Part shown: positions 58,534-64,000 of the stretch, piece by piece | Position numbering within the stretch: position 1 is the stretch's first letter | Layout of the letters: the number at the start of each line of letters is the position of its first letter | Assembly: GCA_958296135.2 (NCBI GenBank) | Contig: CATQHZ020000001.1 | Coordinates: forward strand, 3,072,001 to 3,136,000 | Reading direction: 5' to 3' | DNA length: 64,000 nucleotides | Origin: an uncultured Poribacteria bacterium | GTDB lineage: Bacteria; Poribacteria; WGA-4E; WGA-3G | Program-made: the position numbers and the translations under genes | Notes under the pieces: generated by a model | Told to the model about the DNA's origin: nothing | Databases searched by the model: none | What the model saw: only the letters and a program-made list of their open reading frames with translations

Positions 58534-60168
58534 CTACGGTAACCGGCCGGTCAGGAGGGATTCTCCGGTCATTTCCGCGGGTTGCTTCAAGCCGAGCAAT
58601 CGGAGGGCCGTGGGCGCAATGTCGGCAAGCCTCCCTCCGGTTCGGAGTTGTAGCCCTTTGCACCTGTCATCGACGAGAATCAGGTTTACGTCGTAGGTGG
58701 TATGCGCGGTGTGGATGCCGCCTGTTTCTACATCGATCATCTGCTCGCAGTTGCCGTGGTCTGCCGTGACGATGAGCGCGCCGCCCTTTTTCAGTACTGC
58801 TTCAACGATTTTGCCAACGCCGCTATCCACAGTTTCAACCGCTTTGATAGATGCCTTCAGCGAGCCGGTATGTCCCACCATGTCGCCGTTTGCGTAGTTA
58901 AGCACCATCAGTTCGTATTTGTCCGAGGCAATTCGGCGCAGCATCTCTGCTGTCACGCCGGGTGCGGACATTTCCGGCTTCTGGTCATACGTTGTGACAT
59001 CGCGCGGTGAGGCGATGATTTGCCGCTCTTCCCCCGGATAGGGTGCGTCACGGTAATCGTTGAAAAAGAACGTGACATGCGGAAATTTCTCTGTCTCCGC
59101 GCATCGGAATTGCGTTAAGCCCGCCGCGCTGGCGTAAGTCCCCAGGGTATTCTCCATCTTGGGCGGTTTTTTGATTGCAGTTTCAACAGGAAGTCCCTGT
59201 TCGTATTCTGTCATTGTAACAAACTTAACGTTGATTTTGCAATTCCGTTTAAATCCCATCTGCCGCGTGACACCGTCCTTCCCTTCTGCTTCAAAAGGAA
59301 ACGTATCAAGGCAGAACGCTTTGGCGAGTTCTCTCGGCCGGTCTCCCCGGAAATTGTAGAAGACAACAGCATCGCCATCGGCAATCCGCGGAAGGATTTT
59401 GCCGTTTTCGTCCACAATTGCTGTGGGCCGAATGAATTCGTCGCCTTTCCGGTTTGTGTCATCGGGGTTTTCGTAGTAGCGGCGATAGGCATCGGCGGCG
59501 GTAGTCGCGCGCTCGCCTGCGCCCTCAGTTAAAAGGCGATACGCTACCTCCACCCGGCCCCACCGGTCATCCCTATCCATCGCGTAGTAACGCCCGACAA
59601 CGGAGGCTATCTGTCCGATGCCGATGTCTTTCAGTTTCGCTTCGATTTGTTCACAGAATTGCACCCCGAGGTCTGGTTGACAGTCGCGGCCGTCGCTGAA
59701 GTTGTGAACAAGCACCTGGTCAGCGTTCAGTCCGTTTGCCTTGGCGAGGGCGAGGAGCCCATAGAGATGCTCCAGCGAGCTGTGAACGCCGGCATCGCTT
59801 GCCAATCCCATCAGATGCAGGTGTGTTCCGTTGCTTTTGACGTGCGCGATTGCGTCCAAAAGCACCTCATTTCGGTTGAATTCTCCGGTGTGCATCATCG
59901 TGCTAATACGCAGGAGTTCCTGATTCACGATGCGTCCTGCGCCGATGTTCTGATGTCCGACCTCGCTATTGCCGATGACACCCGCTGGCAAGCCGACATC
60001 TTCGCCGGAAGTATGAATTAGCACATTCGGATACGTCTGCCTCAGCCAGTCATCTACCGGCGTTTTGGCGAGGTAAACAGCATTCACGTTGTTCGACTCA
60101 GGATACGGATTGTGTCCCCAGCCATCTCGGATGATGAGGACGACAGGACGTTTTTGTAAGTTTGTCAC
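58534..60168 (-). CDS. gpmI: 2,3-BPG-independent phosphoglycerate mutase
   Basis: IRDGWG, GNSEVGH, GRYYAMDRD, AETEKFPHVT, DMVGHTG, TADHGN. Confidence 0.96.
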   Translation of the reverse strand: MTNLQKRPVVLIIRDGWGHNPYPESNNVNAVYLAKTPVDDWLRQTYPNVLIHTSGEDVGLPAGVIGNSEVGHQNIGAGRIVNQELLRISTMMHTGEFNRNEVLLDAIAHVKSNGTHLHLMGLASDAGVHSSLEHLYGLLALAKANGLNADQVLVHNFSDGRDCQPDLGVQFCEQIEAKLKDIGIGQIASVVGRYYAMDRDDRWGRVEVAYRLLTEGAGERATTAADAYRRYYENPDDTNRKGDEFIRPTAIVDENGKILPRIADGDAVVFYNFRGDRPRELAKAFCLDTFPFEAEGKDGVTRQMGFKRNCKINVKFVTMTEYEQGLPVETAIKKPPKMENTLGTYASAAGLTQFRCAETEKFPHVTFFFNDYRDAPYPGEERQIIASPRDVTTYDQKPEMSAPGVTAEMLRRIASDKYELMVLNYANGDMVGHTGSLKASIKAVETVDSGVGKIVEAVLKKGGALIVTADHGNCEQMIDVETGGIHTAHTTYDVNLILVDDRCKGLQLRTGGRLADIAPTALRLLGLKQPAEMTGESLLTGRLP

Positions 60169-60307
60169 GCGATTTCCTTTCTGGCGTTTGAAATTTTGGA
60201 TGCAATATGTTAGACTATTGATTCGCTGCTACGGGTTTGGCCGCGCGCGATAAGATTTTATCACATTTTTAACAGGAAATCAAGGTAAGGTTCAAATCTG
60301 TTTTTGT

Positions 60308-60426
60308 CAGTATGAAATCGGACACTGTTTCCGGGCGGTCTGCAGCGGAAATGCTGCGGCCATCGCGCCCGCCTATAAGGGCGGATTTCTATATTCGCCT
60401 GTCGGTGAGAATTACCCGATGATTTT
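60308..60426 (+). repeat. Second copy of the ~115 nt structured element
   Basis: Homologous to 18-133; 5' of a PhyH gene. Confidence 0.65.
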
Positions 60427-60463
60427 CTTGAGCTCCATGCAAGCGCGCGAAAGGAGAATAACT

Positions 60464-61309
60464 ATGGACACAACTTGGCTTGAATACTGCGCCACAGACG
60501 AACAACTCAAAGCGTTCAACGATGAAGGCTACCTCATTGTGGAGAACGCTTTGGCCCCTGAAATGGCGGACGCGCTGGAAGCAGTGGCAGACCGGATTGA
60601 TGCCGCGGAGCGCGCTGCCAATGGACTCGCGCCGCACGAACTAATGTCCAAATTCCGCACCGTCATTGAAGACGACATCTTCCTTGAATTGCTGGACACC
60701 AAGAAGGTGTTCCCCCTGCTGTGGGACATCTTGGGATGGAACATCCAATTGTATATCTCGCATCTCATCATGTATCCGCCGGAGCCGCCCGATGCGCCGC
60801 GCCTCCGAAAAGGTGCGCATTGGCATCAGGATGGCGGTAGGCCGGTGCCAGAGATGGAACGTCCCCACCCGCGTCTCTCGCTGAAGGTGAGTTACTGGCT
60901 GAGCGATGTCACGCACCGCGACAACGGTGCGATGCGCATTATCCCGGGAAGCCATAAACTTGACACGCGTCCATCCCAAAGCGATGCTGACAGCGACCCG
61001 GGCGGTGCCATGGATTTGTTAGTGAAACGCGGCACGGCGGTGCTGTTCGACCGGCGGATGTGGCACTCGCGCGGCAGAAATTACTCCGATGCCACACGGA
61101 AAGTCCTGTTCATGGGGTATAGTTATCGGTGGTTACGGGGCCTGGATTACAACCTCATGCCGCCTGACATCCTCGCTAAATGCGATGCGATTCGGCGGCA
61201 GTTGTTGGGCGACGGTGTGGATATTAAGGGCTGGTGGCAACCCACAGATGCAGACGTGCCGCTGAAGACCTGGATTGCGGCGCATCGCGGCGAGGGGTAT
61301 GTGCGCTAG
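60464..61309 (+). CDS. PhyH family dioxygenase
   Basis: HWHQD, IPGSHK, WHSRGRN; AAGGAG RBS. Confidence 0.88.
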   Translation: MDTTWLEYCATDEQLKAFNDEGYLIVENALAPEMADALEAVADRIDAAERAANGLAPHELMSKFRTVIEDDIFLELLDTKKVFPLLWDILGWNIQLYISHLIMYPPEPPDAPRLRKGAHWHQDGGRPVPEMERPHPRLSLKVSYWLSDVTHRDNGAMRIIPGSHKLDTRPSQSDADSDPGGAMDLLVKRGTAVLFDRRMWHSRGRNYSDATRKVLFMGYSYRWLRGLDYNLMPPDILAKCDAIRRQLLGDGVDIKGWWQPTDADVPLKTWIAAHRGEGYVR

Positions 61310-61519
61310 GCGTAATGCCAAATGACTTAACGCGTCTCTCCGCTGTCGATGGAGATTCGCCGGCGCCTGATTCAGACAACAGGCATAGCGAGAAACAGGC
61401 ATTCGGGATGGCGGTGCTTGACGATGCCTATAGTTTCTTTAGACAACAAGCATAGCGAGGGGAACCCTCGGCGATTCGCGCTCGCCGGGTTTTCCCGCGC
61501 CCTACGGGCTGTGGGACGC

Positions 61520-62155
61520 TCACTGCCCGGCACGTGACGGCTCTCGCCCTCCGGCATGAGTGGTGCTTGCAGCTTTGAAGATAGCATCAATTGCACCGAA
61601 AAGTGCTGGCAAATCCTGCAAGGAGAAGAACGTTGTGTCTTCAGTAAATGTATCGCCGACAAGTCGTCCAAATTGCCACCGCTCGCCATCGGTGACAATG
61701 CCATAAACCGGGAAACCTGCATCGGCGTTGATTTTTTGTGCCGCTACCAATTCGGCAAGGCATTGTCCCCAGCCTGTCTCAAAATCGTTCCGCTTCGCCT
61801 CAACCAGCATGATTAGCGGACTTCCGACAACGAGCGGCCCTAATTCCGAGCGGGTAGAGACAAAGTAATCTGGCGTGCCGCTCAACGTGTCATTGTAAGT
61901 CATGGATTTTTCTATCCAGAGCGCGTAACCTTCGGCGTATGGCTTGTAGACCTCGCGCAAAATCGGATAGATCAGTGCCTGACACTTTGCTGCCTCGGAT
62001 GCCAACACATCAATGTGCTGCCGTGTAAACGCGAGTTCTTGCAGGAACTGTTCGGATGGGTTTGAAGGTTCACCCTGGATGAAGTCCTGCCGCCTGTGTC
62101 GAATTCCGAACTTTGCTTGGACTTCCGGAATTTCCTTGAAATCGCTAAATGCCAT
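61520..62155 (-). CDS. PD-(D/E)xK-fold hypothetical protein (HsdR N-terminal-like)
   Basis: GTPDY...VEAKR...GQCLAELVAAQ, YGIVTDGERWQFG. Confidence 0.7.
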   Translation of the reverse strand: MAFSDFKEIPEVQAKFGIRHRRQDFIQGEPSNPSEQFLQELAFTRQHIDVLASEAAKCQALIYPILREVYKPYAEGYALWIEKSMTYNDTLSGTPDYFVSTRSELGPLVVGSPLIMLVEAKRNDFETGWGQCLAELVAAQKINADAGFPVYGIVTDGERWQFGRLVGDTFTEDTTFFSLQDLPALFGAIDAIFKAASTTHAGGREPSRAGQ

Positions 62156-62252
62156 GGGGTGTTATCTCCTCTCAAACGATGTCCGGCGCGGGACAGGCCC
62201 TCGCCCTACGGGACGTGGGACGCTCACTGCCCGGCGGGGACATCAACAGAAT

Positions 62253-63707
62253 CTACCACAACATGTTCTGCAACGGTTTTCCCGTATACGGGTCTGTCAG
62301 TTGGGGCAGCCGCAACCTCCCACGCTGCCCATCGAAATGCTCTGACACCGAATAGCATTGCACGCGCGGAAACGTCTCTGTGCCGATAATGACTGTGCCT
62401 TTGTTGGCTATCTCCACCATCGCATGCGGAGACGTAACCCGGTTGAGTGTCAGGTAAATCCCCAGGGCGGCGTTTTCCCGTTCAATAACGTGCAGAAAAT
62501 CACGGAGCTGGCTCAACGAAAACTTGCCGCTTTTCACTTGTGCAAGCACCAGCGGTTTGTAGCCGCCCCCGGGTCGCTCCACGGTGTTGCCGACACCGTC
62601 AATGCCGCCATCGGCACCGCCCCGCTCGTTCGGCGCGAGCCCCGGCACACACCCAGTCGCCCAAATTTCAAAATGACGACGGTTGTCCTGTGCCAGCCGC
62701 GCGGCACTCGCAAAGTCTGCAGGGATACCCGTGATTGGGATGTCGCGCCCCGGAAATCGGCGCGTCTTGATAATATCCAGCGCAATCGGGTTGATGTCCA
62801 CGCCAACCCACTGCCGCTTGAGGTTATCCGCGGCGACTACCGTCGTGCCGCAGCCACAGAACGGATCCAACACGATGTCACCCGCTTTTGACGATGCGGC
62901 AATGATACGTTCCAGCAGCGCGACCGGCTTCTGTGTCGGATACCCCAGCCGCTCCTTCGCTATAGAATTCAGGGAGGGAATATCAGTCCACCAATCGTTG
63001 CACGTCATCCCATCCTCTGGATAGTAGACGCGCGTTTTCCCGGCGTTCGTCCGAATGAAGCATCTGCGCCCCTGTTCATCGACATGCCGATAATGACTCG
63101 CTAGGTATTTTTCACTGATAGGCACTCGGTAATCTCCCCAGAACGCCGCATCGGTTTTGGTATAGAGGAAGATAGTATCGTGCTTCTTGACGAAGAACCG
63201 TTTTGAACGGCCGCTGTTAGAATAACACCATCGAATGGCGTTGCGGAACTGCTTAGGGCCGAAGATGTCGTCTAGCAGTATCTTGAGATGAGGGCCCGCG
63301 GTATTATCGCAGTGGAGGTAGAAACTGCCGGTCGGCTTGAGGAGCCGGTGGATTTCCACGAGGCGTTCCGCCATATAACTCAGGTAGGCCATCATGCCGC
63401 TGTCTCCAAGTATAGCGTGGAGTCCGGTAATAGATTTATAGGCGGGGTGCGCCGGTGCATTTTTGATGCGTTGGACTCGTTCAACAGCGGCTGCGCCCCA
63501 TGTCCAGGTATCCTCAAACGCTTTGAGGGATGCATTGCGGGTGCCTTGGTTCGTATCGGTTTCGACACGGTAAAGTTGGTTATAGTTCGCCTTGCTGTTG
63601 AAAGGAGGATCGGCGTAGGCGATGTCTACCCATCCGTTGCGCCAGGTGCGCATGATGTGGAGGTTATCGCCGTAGTGGAGGCTATTCAGTTCGGGCATGA
63701 TAAGCAT
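62253..63707 (-). CDS. Beta-class N4/N6 DNA methyltransferase fused to Mrr-like endonuclease
   Basis: DPPF, YPTQKP, DPFCGCGT; C-terminal DGGIDG...QVKSG; AGGAG RBS before ATG 63707. Confidence 0.85.
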   Translation of the reverse strand: MLIMPELNSLHYGDNLHIMRTWRNGWVDIAYADPPFNSKANYNQLYRVETDTNQGTRNASLKAFEDTWTWGAAAVERVQRIKNAPAHPAYKSITGLHAILGDSGMMAYLSYMAERLVEIHRLLKPTGSFYLHCDNTAGPHLKILLDDIFGPKQFRNAIRWCYSNSGRSKRFFVKKHDTIFLYTKTDAAFWGDYRVPISEKYLASHYRHVDEQGRRCFIRTNAGKTRVYYPEDGMTCNDWWTDIPSLNSIAKERLGYPTQKPVALLERIIAASSKAGDIVLDPFCGCGTTVVAADNLKRQWVGVDINPIALDIIKTRRFPGRDIPITGIPADFASAARLAQDNRRHFEIWATGCVPGLAPNERGGADGGIDGVGNTVERPGGGYKPLVLAQVKSGKFSLSQLRDFLHVIERENAALGIYLTLNRVTSPHAMVEIANKGTVIIGTETFPRVQCYSVSEHFDGQRGRLRLPQLTDPYTGKPLQNMLW

Positions 63708-64000
63708 TATCGTTTCTCCTTTCATAAAGAGGCGCGGTTAGATGAAAATTCAGTCAATAAACGGCTCATTTTTTCCGCAGGAAACGGGCGGATATTTAAC
63801 GACATCCGCTCTTGCACTCCCAAGGCGTGGCGGGCTTTCCGAAAATTATCCGATTAAATTCTGAAACTTCATAAAAACGCGCCCCCTGGATACGTTAATT
63901 CGCTAAGGTTAACGCCTCCTCCCCATCTGTCAACCATGCTAGATCGAACTTGGCGAACGACAGTGTCTCATAGGGCCGCATTTCGCCGCGTTCGTAGAGA

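Overview
A 64 kb bacterial chromosomal window in the standard genetic code. The gene style suggests Candidatus Poribacteria (inference): several PhyH dioxygenases, LamG and TolB-like proteins sharing a V-S-P-x-x-x-(x)-L-T-T-x-W C-terminal tail, a microcompartment shell gene and an ElbD-like ether-lipid enzyme. Most genes are housekeeping or metabolic (dusB, dapF, dapA, alr, potBC, nuoABC, icd, ligA, dgoD, prs, gpmI), and GTAG/GTAA-type palindromic repeats are dense. Features the ORF track misses or splits: (1) four fragments at 52166-53164 form one secreted four-HMA-domain protein with three in-frame UGA codons at the first Cys of the metal motif (MT-U-x-x-C), each followed by a SECIS-like hairpin, while the fourth domain keeps Cys and has no hairpin; (2) a second exported selenoprotein candidate, peroxiredoxin-like with U-G-F-C (46812-47384); (3) two non-autonomous IS607-type tnpB elements with inferable ends and TAM (AGGG), both carrying a covarying pseudoknot/kissing-loop RNA upstream of tnpB; (4) REP-like palindromes inserted in frame in many genes, including a 6 x 48 bp array inside alanine racemase, and supplying stop codons of several genes.
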